From Nitrospirota bacterium (lineage in GTDB: Bacteria > Nitrospirota > Nitrospiria > Nitrospirales > Nitrospiraceae), in NCBI GenBank assembly GCA_016207025.1, contig JACQQM010000014.1:2815-66814 (forward strand): a DNA stretch of 64,000 nucleotides. The letters run 5' to 3'. Of the stretch, positions 9,847-20,997 are shown piece by piece. The position numbers were made by a program, and so were the translations under genes. Below the pieces are notes generated by a model that was given only the letters and a program-made list of their open reading frames with translations, did not search any database and was not told the origin of the DNA. Every line of letters begins with the position of its first letter. Position 1 is the first letter of the stretch.

Positions 9847-11362
9847 GACGGCCGCCAGCATGATGCGTCCCGGGTCTTTCATGAGTCGTTCTCTTCAGCG
9901 TCGGGCACACTTTTCGGAGGTCGCGAGCCGCGTGGCCGCCACGGCGCGGACCAAGCGTTTATTTGCGCCAGGAGAACGGCTCTTGGTGGCTGTTTCGGGT
10001 GGTCCCGATTCGGTCGCGCTCCTTTCCATCCTTGCGGAGTTAGCCATTTCCTGGGACTTGGCTCTCCAGGCGGTGCACATCAATCACGGCTTACGCGGGA
10101 CGGAGTCTGAAACGGATGCTCGCTTTGTGGCCAACCTGTGCGGTCGGATGGGGATCCCGTTGACTTGCGAGCGGGTCAGCCTCGCCGTCTCCTCCGGGCG
10201 GCTCAAAGGACGTTCGCTCCAGGAAGTCGCGCGCGAGGCCCGGTATACGGCCATGCACCGGGTCGGGGAGGCTCTTGGCGTCGACAAGATTGCAGTGGGA
10301 CATACAGCCGATGACCAGGCTGAAACACTCGTGATGTGGATGCTCCGCGGGGCGGGGACAGCCGGGCTTGCAGGAATTCCGCCTTCCCGGGAGCCATTAT
10401 TTATTCGCCCTCTTCTGGAGATCAGCCGTGCCGACATTCTCAGTTATCTCCGGTCCCGCGAGCTGGAATTTCGCGAGGACTCGAGCAACACAAAACCGCT
10501 CTATTTAAGAAACCGCATTCGCCAAGAGTTGCTGCCGGTCCTGAAACGGTTTAATCCGGCCATCCTGGACGTGCTGAAACGGCAGGCCGAGATCCTCCGC
10601 GAAGAGGACCTCTGCCTGGAACAATTGGTGTCCATGCATTTGGCCAGGATGACGCACGAGGGCGCCGACGGGGAGATGGTACTGGACCGTAAGGCGATGC
10701 TAACCTTGCCCGTGGCCCTCCAGCGTAGAATGATCCGATCCTTGCTGCGTCGGACGAGCGGGGTCATGAAAGGGCCTACGTTCGGGGCCGTCAGGACGGT
10801 CTTGGAACGGATCGTTCACGGTCGGTCAGGTTCCGCCCTCACCGTGCATGGAGCGTTCGTCGCGCGCGAGTACGAGAAGGTCCGATTCCGATCTTCTCAG
10901 CTTGTGCCGCACGCAACCCAATCGCTCGGAGCGGCCGGAGAAGATGTTGAGAAAGGACTGGTCTTGCCTGTCCCGTCAACCATCCGCTGGCCTCTCACCG
11001 GCCAGACAATCCGGGTGTGCCTGGGAAGCGCGCATCCCACGGATACGCCTCCGCGCATGGGGCGAAACGTGGCCATCTTCGACGCAGACCGGCTGACCAT
11101 GAAGCTGGTGGTTCGACCGTGGTTGCCTGGCGATGCGTTTTATCCGTTCGGCATGCACGGTCAACGGAAGAAGTTGCAGGATTATTTCGCCGACATCAAG
11201 CTGCCCCGTGAAGAGCGGAGACGGATCCCGCTGCTGGTCGCCCCAGAAGGCATCCTGTGGATCGGGGGGCTTCGGTCCGATGAACGCTTTCGCCCAAGCT
11301 CTTCAACCACGCGCACCTTGATCGCAGAGCTCCTGGACGGAACCTCACACAGGGGAGAGTGA
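9839..11362 (+). CDS. tilS: tRNA(Ile)-lysidine synthetase
   Basis: PP-loop LVAVSGGPDSVAL, GHTADDQAET, and a TilS C-terminal domain. The start is uncertain (ATG 9839, 9860 or 9881). Confidence 0.9.
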   Translation: MRETAASMMRPGSFMSRSLQRRAHFSEVASRVAATARTKRLFAPGERLLVAVSGGPDSVALLSILAELAISWDLALQAVHINHGLRGTESETDARFVANLCGRMGIPLTCERVSLAVSSGRLKGRSLQEVAREARYTAMHRVGEALGVDKIAVGHTADDQAETLVMWMLRGAGTAGLAGIPPSREPLFIRPLLEISRADILSYLRSRELEFREDSSNTKPLYLRNRIRQELLPVLKRFNPAILDVLKRQAEILREEDLCLEQLVSMHLARMTHEGADGEMVLDRKAMLTLPVALQRRMIRSLLRRTSGVMKGPTFGAVRTVLERIVHGRSGSALTVHGAFVAREYEKVRFRSSQLVPHATQSLGAAGEDVEKGLVLPVPSTIRWPLTGQTIRVCLGSAHPTDTPPRMGRNVAIFDADRLTMKLVVRPWLPGDAFYPFGMHGQRKKLQDYFADIKLPREERRRIPLLVAPEGILWIGGLRSDERFRPSSSTTRTLIAELLDGTSHRGE

Positions 11363-11916
11363 ACAGCATGGAGCGAATTTTTGGACGGCCGATCGTGACC
11401 CAGGAAGAGATGCGCGCGCGCATCAAAGAACTCGGGCGGCAAATCACCGCGGACTACGAGGAGAAGGACCTGATCCTGGTCGGAGTCCTCAAAGGCGCGT
11501 ACGCGTTTTATGCCGACCTGGCCCGCGCGATCCGGAGTCCCCTGCGCGTGGACTTCCTGGTCGTCACCAGCTATGGCTCGAAAGCCAAGCCGTCCGGCAA
11601 GGTCAAGATGGTGACCGACTTGACGGAAGACATCGCCGGGCGGGATGTCCTGCTCGTGGAAGATATCGTCGATTCGGGGCTGACGGTGAAGTACTTGGTC
11701 AACACATTGTCCAAGCGAAAACCGAAATCCATCAGGGTCTGCACTCTGTTGAGCAAGCCGGAACGCCGCAAGGTGGATGTGGCCATTCACTACGTCGGAT
11801 TTCAAATTCCCAACAAGTATGTGGTCGGGTACGGACTGGACTATCAACAGAAGTACCGAAACCTTCCTTACCTGGCGGTGCTGGACACCGTGGATGATGA
11901 GGGCCAGGGGTTCTAG
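11359..11916 (+). CDS. hpt: Hypoxanthine phosphoribosyltransferase
   Basis: PRPP motif VLLVEDIVDSGLT plus VVGYGLDY. It overlaps the tilS stop (alternative ATG at 11368). Confidence 0.95.
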   Translation: MNSMERIFGRPIVTQEEMRARIKELGRQITADYEEKDLILVGVLKGAYAFYADLARAIRSPLRVDFLVVTSYGSKAKPSGKVKMVTDLTEDIAGRDVLLVEDIVDSGLTVKYLVNTLSKRKPKSIRVCTLLSKPERRKVDVAIHYVGFQIPNKYVVGYGLDYQQKYRNLPYLAVLDTVDDEGQGF

Positions 11917-12006
11917 CGCAGTGTTGTCAGTCCGTACACACCTGTGATAGAATTCGCCGGATAAATAATGTTTCCCCGTCTTCAGTGAGAACTGAGAAGG
12001 AGTTGG

Positions 12007-13821
<1,815 letters not shown>

Positions 13822-13961
13822 GAGCGATGGAGGCCCGCAAGGAGATCGCGCAGCCGGTCCCAGGCGGGCCATGAGCGCGAAACAGGGCGGGTTGCTTTTT
13901 CCTTCCACGATCGCCCCATCCTTCACCGTGTGCCTCGTCCTCCATCGCGGAGAGGCCGGCT

Positions 13962-14834
13962 ATGCCGACTTCCAACACAGCGCAGAGTCCTGAAGCGTTA
14001 CGGGCACGTGGCCGGGCGATCCCTCTTGATGCCGGCCCCTTGCTCATGGGCATCCTCAACGTCACGCCCGATTCGTTTTCGGACGGGGGGCTGTATCTCG
14101 ACCCTGAGGCCGCCGTGGCGCACGCGATGGCCATGGTCGAACAGGGGGCAGACCTCATTGACATCGGGGCCGAATCATCTCGGCCTGGCTCAGACCCGGT
14201 GGGCGAGGAAGAAGAGATTCGCCGGTTGATCCCGGTCGTGAGCGAGGTGTGCCGCCGGGCCTCGGTTCCGGTTTCGGTCGATACCACCAAGGCTGGCGTC
14301 GCCCGACGGGCACTTGACGCCGGCGCGGCCATCATCAACGACATCAGCGCGCTTCGCTCCGACCCTCGCATGGGGCAGGTCGTCGCCGAGGCAGGGGCCG
14401 GCCTCGTGCTCATGCATATGCAGGGGACCCCCAAGACCATGCACCTGGCGCCGAGCTACAGGGATGTCGTCGCAGAGGTCCGGCAATTCCTTGCCGAACG
14501 CATGCGGGCGGCACAGGATGTCGGCGTGTGTCAAGAACAAATCTTGCTTGACCCAGGAATCGGTTTTGGGAAGAATCTGGAACACAACCTGTCCTTGCTG
14601 GAAGGGCTTGAATCGTTTGCCTCCTTGGGGCGCCCGATCCTGGTCGGAGTGTCGCGCAAGGCCTTCATCGGACAGGTCCTAGACCGGCCGATCGGTGAAC
14701 GGCTCATGGGGACAGCAGCCGCGGTGGCGATAGCGATTCTCGGGGGCGCACGGGTGCTGCGAGTGCACGACGTCGCACAGATGCGGGATGTGGTTAAAGT
14801 CGCGCACGCTTTCATGCGTCGCCGAGCACAATAA
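13962..14834 (+). CDS. folP: Dihydropteroate synthase
   Basis: LMGILNVTPDSFSDGG, DIGAESSRPG and LLDPGIGFGK motifs. Confidence 0.95.
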   Translation: MPTSNTAQSPEALRARGRAIPLDAGPLLMGILNVTPDSFSDGGLYLDPEAAVAHAMAMVEQGADLIDIGAESSRPGSDPVGEEEEIRRLIPVVSEVCRRASVPVSVDTTKAGVARRALDAGAAIINDISALRSDPRMGQVVAEAGAGLVLMHMQGTPKTMHLAPSYRDVVAEVRQFLAERMRAAQDVGVCQEQILLDPGIGFGKNLEHNLSLLEGLESFASLGRPILVGVSRKAFIGQVLDRPIGERLMGTAAAVAIAILGGARVLRVHDVAQMRDVVKVAHAFMRRRAQ

Positions 14835-14852
14835 GTCAGAGAAAGGTGCAAC

Positions 14853-16202
14853 ATGCGCAAGCTGTTTGGCACAGACGGAATTCGGGGCATCGCGAATCTC
14901 GAACCGATGACCAGCGAGACCGCCATGAAGGTCGGGCGGGCCGCTTCGTACCTGTTCAAGCGGCGGGCGGGTCGCCATCAAATCGTGATCGGCAAAGACA
15001 CGCGCCTGTCGGGTTACATGCTGGAATCGGCTCTGACGTCGGGAATTTGCTCGATGGGCGTGGACGTTCTCTTAGTTGGCCCCATGCCGACCCCGGCCAT
15101 CGCATTCCTGGCCAGAAGCCTCCGAGCGGATGCGGGGATCATGATTTCGGCCTCGCACAACCCGTACCAGGACAATGGTATCAAGTTTTTCTCGAACGAT
15201 GGGTTCAAACTCCCCGATGAATTCGAAGCCCGTATGGAAGAGATCATGACCTCCGATGAAATCGAGCACTTGCGCCCGACGGCGGACGCGGTGGGCAAAG
15301 CGTACCGGATCGACGACGCAGAAGGCCGGTATATCGAGTTTGTCAAACGCTCCCTGCCTAAGGACCTGGACTTTCAAGGCTTGAAGGTCGTCGTGGATTG
15401 CGCCAACGGCGCGGCGTACAAAGTGTCTCCGAAAGTCTTGCGGGAGCTGGGCGCCACCGTGTGGGTGATTGGTGACCATCCGGACGGCACCAACATCAAT
15501 GCCGGTTGCGGCGCTGTGCATCCTGAACAGCTCCAGCAAGCGGTGCAGGACCACCAGGCCGACATCGGGATCGCCCACGATGGCGATGCGGACCGGGCTG
15601 TCTTTGTGTGCGAACAGGGGCAGATCGTGGATGGTGACCACGCGATGGCTGCCCTCGCGCTCGATCTACACGAACGCGGCCAACTGAAGCAGCGCACGGT
15701 GGTCGGCACGGTGATGAGCAATTTCGGCCTCGAGCAGGCGCTGGCAAAGGCCGGCATTGCGCTGGTCAGAACGCCGGTTGGAGATCGGTATCTGCTGGAA
15801 CGGATGGTTGCGGATGGCTACAACTTCGGCGGGGAGCAGTCCGGCCATCTTATTTTCTTGGATCATAATACGACGGGCGACGGGCTCATATCAGGGCTTC
15901 AGATTCTGGCCCTCATGAAGCGGACCGGTCGGCGGTTGTCGGAGTTGGCCCGCTGCATGACCGCCGTACCGCAGGTGCTGCTCAACATACGGGTGAAGGC
16001 CAAGCCGGATCTCGCTGGGCTGCCGGACATCCAGCAAGCCATTCAGAAAGGAGAAGCCAGTTTAAACGGGACCGGACGGGTGCTCGTCCGATATTCGGGC
16101 ACGGAGCCGCTGATCCGGATCATGGTTGAAGGAGAACAGGACTCGCTCATCCGCTCGGTTGCCGACGAGTTGGCCAGCGCGCTCCGCGCACGTCTCGGAT
16201 AG
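14853..16202 (+). CDS. glmM: Phosphoglucosamine mutase
   Basis: [12 protein letters not shown] start, phosphoserine loop [20 protein letters not shown], and GGEQSGH. Confidence 0.95.
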   Translation: MRKLFGTDGIRGIANLEPMTSETAMKVGRAASYLFKRRAGRHQIVIGKDTRLSGYMLESALTSGICSMGVDVLLVGPMPTPAIAFLARSLRADAGIMISASHNPYQDNGIKFFSNDGFKLPDEFEARMEEIMTSDEIEHLRPTADAVGKAYRIDDAEGRYIEFVKRSLPKDLDFQGLKVVVDCANGAAYKVSPKVLRELGATVWVIGDHPDGTNINAGCGAVHPEQLQQAVQDHQADIGIAHDGDADRAVFVCEQGQIVDGDHAMAALALDLHERGQLKQRTVVGTVMSNFGLEQALAKAGIALVRTPVGDRYLLERMVADGYNFGGEQSGHLIFLDHNTTGDGLISGLQILALMKRTGRRLSELARCMTAVPQVLLNIRVKAKPDLAGLPDIQQAIQKGEASLNGTGRVLVRYSGTEPLIRIMVEGEQDSLIRSVADELASALRARLG

Positions 16203-16264
16203 CATCCACGGGACCCATGACGCCGCGGACCGACAGAGCACTGAATCACATCTGAGCATGTCAG

Positions 16265-19045
16265 ATGGACTCTCCCGCCTCTGAACATCGCACAGTCTTC
16301 ATCAGCTATGTCCGATATCCACCCGAGCATGCAGCCCGCGTACAGGACCTCGCGAACCGCCTGCGCGCCAAGGGGATCGATTGTCGCATCCCCGAGGACA
16401 CACACTCTCCTTCGCAAGAACAATCGTCGTGGCTAGCCGATCAGATACACGACGCTGATGTCGTGCTGGTGGTCTGCACCGAAGCTTTCACTGTTCGTTT
16501 TCATGGCAAGCGAGGGAACAGAAGCAGCGGGGGTGCCACCCCGGAGGGGGTTGTTCTCACCGAGGAACTCTACGAAGCCGAACCCAATAAAGCCAAATTC
16601 ATTCCGGTGCTCTTGTCTTCGCAAGATTGGTCCCATGTTCCCCCCGTGCTTCGGAAGGGCCCACGGTACAACCTCGACACGCCCGAGGGCTGCGAGGCTC
16701 TGATCCTCCGTCTTTCCCAGCCACTCCACCCTCCAACGCCAGAACGAATCACCGTGGCCACGACGCCTGGACCGGAAGACCCGGGGGATCCTGAGGCCGT
16801 TCCGTGGAATGTGCCGTACTGTCGAAACCGGTTTTTTACCGGCCGGGAGGAGGTTCTCGATCAAATGCAGAAGAACCTGGCATCGGCCGGGGCAGCGGCG
16901 TTAACGCAACCTCGTGAGATCGGCCGGTTCGGCGGCATCGGCAAGACGCAGACCGCCGTTGAGTACGCCTATCTCCATCGAGGGCAGTACCGGGCCGTGC
17001 TCTGGGCAAGGGCCCATTCGCGCGACGCGCTTGTGGCCGATACGGTCGCTACCGCGAGACTGGTGGGCCTGCCGGAGAAGCCGTCCCAGGCTTCCGGTTC
17101 CTCGGTCGCCGCCGTCAGGCGTTGGCTCGAACGCACCGCCGGCTGGTTGCTCATTCTCGACAGCGCCGACGATCCCGCACTGGTCGAGGACCTCGTCCCC
17201 CGAGGCCACCGGGGACATCTCTTGCTCATCTCGGGACCACAGGGCTGGGACGGAGTGGGTGTTGCGAATCCGATCGTGGTGGATGCGTGGCTTCCCGTCG
17301 AGGCGGGGCAATTCCTCCTGAAACGCACGGGGCGACAGGACCTTCAAGGGGCTGAGTCTAACGCCGTCGACCAACTGGCTCAAGAACTCGACGGGTTGCC
17401 GCTGGCCCTTGAACAGGCCGGCGCCTATATCGCCAAGTCGCAGTGCGACTTCCAGGAGTATCTCTTCCTCTATCGCAGGCACGGTCTCGATCTAATGGAA
17501 AGGCCCGGTTCAGTGACAGGAAAGTATCCGCCGCCGGTGGCCACCGCCTGCTCCTTGACGATCGAACATGTGACCCAACAGTTCCCCGCGTCGGCGGATC
17601 TCCTGCGGGCGAGCGCCTTTCTCGATCCAGACGCAATCCCGCTTGAACTCATCGCTCGCGGGTGTGAGGCGCTCGGCCCCTCGTTTGTCGCCTCCCTGTC
17701 CTCAACCTCTGTCGGCCAGCCTGCCTTGGAAGAAGTTCTCGAGCCGCTGGTTGACTACTCCCTCGTCAGCCGTACCTCCGATCCTCGCACCTACTGCATT
17801 CACCGCTTCATCCAGGCCGTGGTCAGGGACAGCCTGAGCAAAGCCGTGCAACGGCAATGGGCCGAACGAGCCGTGCGAGCCATGGAGCGCGCATTTCCTG
17901 AGGTCGCGCTTTCAACGTGGGACCTCTGTGAACGGTTCCTGCCCCACGCGGAAGCTTGTGTGACCCTCATCCAGGCCTGGGATGTGAAATGCGAAGAGGC
18001 CGAGAAATTGTTGACTCGGCTCTGGGAATATGCGCGTCAACGTTCAGGGGAGGCTCATGCTGCCCCGATCGAGGGCCCTGTGCCCGCCGGCGAGGAGGCG
18101 GCGCTCCTTACACCTGATCCATGTGAGGCTATGCTGGGCCCTGCGGACGCACCAGGGCCGGCTCCCGCCATAGAGCCAGCGCCGCCGAGTGACCACGCAC
18201 CGGCAGCCCCCCAGAACCTGGCGGGGGAAGCGGAGCCCCTTGTCGAGCAGACTCAACAACTCGAGACGCCGCTCCCGGTCCCGGACGCCCCGGTACCTGT
18301 GGATCCCGTCCCGCCGGGCTCGCCAGCGATTGTTCCGGTGGAGGGGAGTCAATCACCCGCCATGGCTACCATGGCTACAGCCGAGCCAGCACCGGAACCA
18401 AGAGCAGAAGACATGGCGGCCTTCCTCGAGAAACAGGCCGCTGACCACATAAAGGAAAACCGTAGCGCCGAGGCCATGAAGCTCTACAGGCGTTCGCTCG
18501 CGATCCGCGAGGAGGCCTTGGGACCGGACCATCCGGTTGTGGCATCCAGCCTGGACAAGCTGGCGGCGCTTTGCCTTGCCGAAGGTCGTTCCACCGAGGC
18601 CAAACAACTCTACAAGCGAGCACTGGCGATCCGAGAGAAAGTTCTTGGATCGGAACACCTGGACATAGCAGCTAACTTGGATAGCTTGGCGGCGCTGTGT
18701 CAAACTGCGGGGCGTGCCGCCGAAGCCAAGCAACTCTATACGCGAGCACTGGCGATCCGGGAGAAAACCCTGGGGCCAGACCACCCGGTCTTGGCAACCA
18801 ACCTAGACTGCCTGGCAGCTCTGTACAACCGGCAGGGCCGCTATGCAGAGGCCGAACGCCTCTACAAGCGGTCGCTGGCGATCCGGGAAAAAAACCTAGG
18901 ACCGAACCACCCGGACGTGGCGATTACCCTCAATCACTACATCACCCTTCTGAGGAAATGGAACAGGGATGCCGAAGCCTGCGTACTGGAGACCCGCGTT
19001 AAAAAAATCAGGCAAATGACTTCATCAGCACTTCTGAAGCAGTGA
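16265..19045 (+). CDS. TIR/SEFIR-like + NB-ARC (STAND NTPase) + TPR protein, candidate immune/abortive-infection sensor
   Basis: The N-terminus TVFISYVRY...WLADQIHDADVVLVVCTEAF is a TIR/SEFIR-type signature. NB-ARC hallmarks are the P-loop GRFGGIGKTQTA (~16931), Walker B LLILDSADD, and the GLPL motif LDGLPLALEQAG (~17393). A ~115-aa Pro-rich linker follows. The C-terminus carries 4.5 KLC-type 42-aa TPRs (LYKRALAIREKxLGxxHP). Confidence 0.8.
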   Translation: MDSPASEHRTVFISYVRYPPEHAARVQDLANRLRAKGIDCRIPEDTHSPSQEQSSWLADQIHDADVVLVVCTEAFTVRFHGKRGNRSSGGATPEGVVLTEELYEAEPNKAKFIPVLLSSQDWSHVPPVLRKGPRYNLDTPEGCEALILRLSQPLHPPTPERITVATTPGPEDPGDPEAVPWNVPYCRNRFFTGREEVLDQMQKNLASAGAAALTQPREIGRFGGIGKTQTAVEYAYLHRGQYRAVLWARAHSRDALVADTVATARLVGLPEKPSQASGSSVAAVRRWLERTAGWLLILDSADDPALVEDLVPRGHRGHLLLISGPQGWDGVGVANPIVVDAWLPVEAGQFLLKRTGRQDLQGAESNAVDQLAQELDGLPLALEQAGAYIAKSQCDFQEYLFLYRRHGLDLMERPGSVTGKYPPPVATACSLTIEHVTQQFPASADLLRASAFLDPDAIPLELIARGCEALGPSFVASLSSTSVGQPALEEVLEPLVDYSLVSRTSDPRTYCIHRFIQAVVRDSLSKAVQRQWAERAVRAMERAFPEVALSTWDLCERFLPHAEACVTLIQAWDVKCEEAEKLLTRLWEYARQRSGEAHAAPIEGPVPAGEEAALLTPDPCEAMLGPADAPGPAPAIEPAPPSDHAPAAPQNLAGEAEPLVEQTQQLETPLPVPDAPVPVDPVPPGSPAIVPVEGSQSPAMATMATAEPAPEPRAEDMAAFLEKQAADHIKENRSAEAMKLYRRSLAIREEALGPDHPVVASSLDKLAALCLAEGRSTEAKQLYKRALAIREKVLGSEHLDIAANLDSLAALCQTAGRAAEAKQLYTRALAIREKTLGPDHPVLATNLDCLAALYNRQGRYAEAERLYKRSLAIREKNLGPNHPDVAITLNHYITLLRKWNRDAEACVLETRVKKIRQMTSSALLKQ
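18467..18970 (+). repeat. Four tandem 126-bp coding repeats (TPR units) inside the STAND gene
   Basis: Units start at 18467, 18593, 18719 and 18845 (exact 126-nt phase), with a partial fifth from 18971. Long identical stretches include CTCTACAAGCGAGCACTGGCGATCCG. Confidence 0.9.
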
Positions 19046-19189
19046 CAGTCTTAATCCTTGCGGATCAATCCAAGCGGTCAGGAAAGTCTTCCATTCCGTC
19101 GGTCACTCTGCGATCCAACCGGCCAGGCTGCCCCACAGAACTCACAGTTCGCTCCGGGGTGCCCTACCATTTGTTGAGTAATTTAATAG

Positions 19190-19218
19190 TTGATTCCTAC
19201 AACATATTGTGGTATCGT
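19190..19218 (+). promoter_or_regulatory. Possible extended -10 promoter upstream of the first ExeA-like gene
   Basis: TTGATT (19190-19195), 17-nt spacer ending in TGg, then TATCGT (19213-19218). It lies in the AT-rich gap. Confidence 0.3.
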
Positions 19219-19352
19219 CCAGCCCGTTCTTCTCTTCAACCAGGCAGCATGCAGTCCTGTTTCCTGAATTTTTCATGGTGTCCGGTTAGGGAGATGGCCC
19301 TTCGCTCAAGAACAGAATAGGAGCACCACATCTTATCACCCTGACAAGTGAG

Positions 19353-20903
19353 GTGATGAGAATCGTGTCAGATTGTGAAACCCACGTAGTCATGCCCGAG
19401 GCAAAGTGGGCTCCGTATATGCGTATCATCGGGCACGGCTTTGTAACCGGCAGCATCCTCGCCGTCGTAATGGGTTCCTGCCTCATCTACCACCAGATCT
19501 CTCCCGGCACGTTTGGGCTATGGGTCAAGTATCAGTTGGCAAAAAGTCTCCACGCCGCCGGGTTTCAGCAGTATCTGCTGACGTGGCCGTCAGGGTCTGG
19601 CCACATCACCGTGTCAACTGAAGCGATTGCCTTGGCGCAGAGTCTTCAGGCTTGGTCGCGGGAAGTGCTCAACGATGTGTATGCCGTGAGCCTGTTCACG
19701 TTCGCCAATGCCGTGTTGGCCTCGGTGATTGGAGCCATCGCAGCGGCCCTATGCAGCCAAGCCCAGCAGGGGGCTCATCCCTGTCCCGCGTCTAGGCCGA
19801 TCACGGATCAGCGAAACCGATCCGTGCGCCCGCACGCCTCGAGCGCCAAGCGGGACGATCAGAGCGAGAGCCTCCTCGCGCAGCAGAACCAGCACTACGA
19901 CACTCCGCCCGTCAATCAATCCGACTGCGCGGTCCCTGTTTCTATCGACGATGCCAGCGCCATTGGACAAAGCCAACCACGCGAGGAACCGGCTGAGCGC
20001 CAGAGGACCGATCTCGACCGACTCTCCGCTCTCCCGAAGCTCAGCGACTATTATGAGAAGTACTGGGAACTCCAAGAACTGCCGTTTGAAAACACCCCTG
20101 ACCCGAAATATTACTTTCCCTCGCCCAATCACGAAGAAGCTCTGCATCGCCTGTTGTACGGCATACAGACTCGAAAAGGGGCCGTGATGCTGACCGGCGA
20201 AATCGGCTGTGGCAAAACGTTGCTGAGTCGAACCGTGATCCAGCATCTGGTGACTCAAGACTATGACACCGCCGTCATCGCCGATCCGTCGTTTGGAAGC
20301 ATGCAATTGCTCAGGGAGGTGTTGTACCAACTGGGCATTGATGCGACCGGGAACAACGTGGACCTTCGCCACCGGTTGAACGATCGCTTGCTGGAAAATC
20401 TGAAGAGGGGGCAGGACACCGTTCTGATCATTGACGAGGCCCAGGCGATTCGGGATGACGATATGTTCGAGAGGCTTCGGCTCCTGCTCAATTTTCAGTT
20501 GAACGAGCGGTTTTTATTGACATTGCTGCTGCTGGGGCAGCCAGAACTGAAAAACCGGGTCAAGACAATTCCGCAATTCTACCAGCGGATCGCGATTCAC
20601 TATCACCTTGGCCCGTTCTCAGCGACCGACGTGGCTGACTATATCCAGTTTCGTTTGAAGGTCGCCGGAAGCAGTCGGCGAATTTTCCGGCCGGACACCT
20701 ATCCCCTTATTTACCGATTGAGCGGAGGGGTGCCCCGCAAGATCAATACCTTGTGCGATCTCTGCTTGCTGGTCGGCCGCCTCGATCACGCAAAAACCAT
20801 CGATCGCGCCATCGTTGAGCGGGTTGCCGTGAAAGTCACCCATGGAGTGGGCCTGCATCATAGGATGACAGAGTCCCGACCCGTTCCGGTGGAAACACAG
20901 TGA
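19353..20903 (+). CDS. Membrane-anchored GspA/ExeA-like AAA ATPase (secretion/EPS-locus type)
   Basis: The N-terminal ~240 aa have 2 TM helices and a disordered linker. The C-terminal domain has P-loop GEIGCGKTLLSR, DEAQ box LIIDEAQAI, and LLGQPEL. The start is uncertain (19353, 19392 or 19419). Confidence 0.75.
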   Translation: MMRIVSDCETHVVMPEAKWAPYMRIIGHGFVTGSILAVVMGSCLIYHQISPGTFGLWVKYQLAKSLHAAGFQQYLLTWPSGSGHITVSTEAIALAQSLQAWSREVLNDVYAVSLFTFANAVLASVIGAIAAALCSQAQQGAHPCPASRPITDQRNRSVRPHASSAKRDDQSESLLAQQNQHYDTPPVNQSDCAVPVSIDDASAIGQSQPREEPAERQRTDLDRLSALPKLSDYYEKYWELQELPFENTPDPKYYFPSPNHEEALHRLLYGIQTRKGAVMLTGEIGCGKTLLSRTVIQHLVTQDYDTAVIADPSFGSMQLLREVLYQLGIDATGNNVDLRHRLNDRLLENLKRGQDTVLIIDEAQAIRDDDMFERLRLLLNFQLNERFLLTLLLLGQPELKNRVKTIPQFYQRIAIHYHLGPFSATDVADYIQFRLKVAGSSRRIFRPDTYPLIYRLSGGVPRKINTLCDLCLLVGRLDHAKTIDRAIVERVAVKVTHGVGLHHRMTESRPVPVETQ

Positions 20904-20997
20904 TATCGTTCCTTCCAAAACCCCTGCTTGACAGCTCCTGAAACCTTTCATCGTGAGGTTTCCCCTTTCTCCAGGGGTGCTTGCGTTGTGAGTTCCC

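Noticed and set aside
18467-18970. Regular 126-bp tandem repeats that might be mistaken for a CRISPR-like or satellite array
   Set aside because: The repeats are contiguous with no spacers. They are in frame and encode canonical 42-aa TPR units inside a continuous ORF.
19042-19320. 92-aa + strand ORF in the gap after the STAND gene
   Set aside because: It has no SD, it overlaps the STAND stop, its composition is atypical for this genome, and it has no recognisable motif. It sits in AT-rich probable promoter DNA.
20928-20962. TTGACA hexamer and GAAACCT/AGGTTTC hairpin between the first ATPase gene and comEC
   Set aside because: No acceptable -10 element lies at 16-18 nt spacing. The 7-bp hairpin lacks a U-tract. 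This is too weak to call either a promoter or a terminator.
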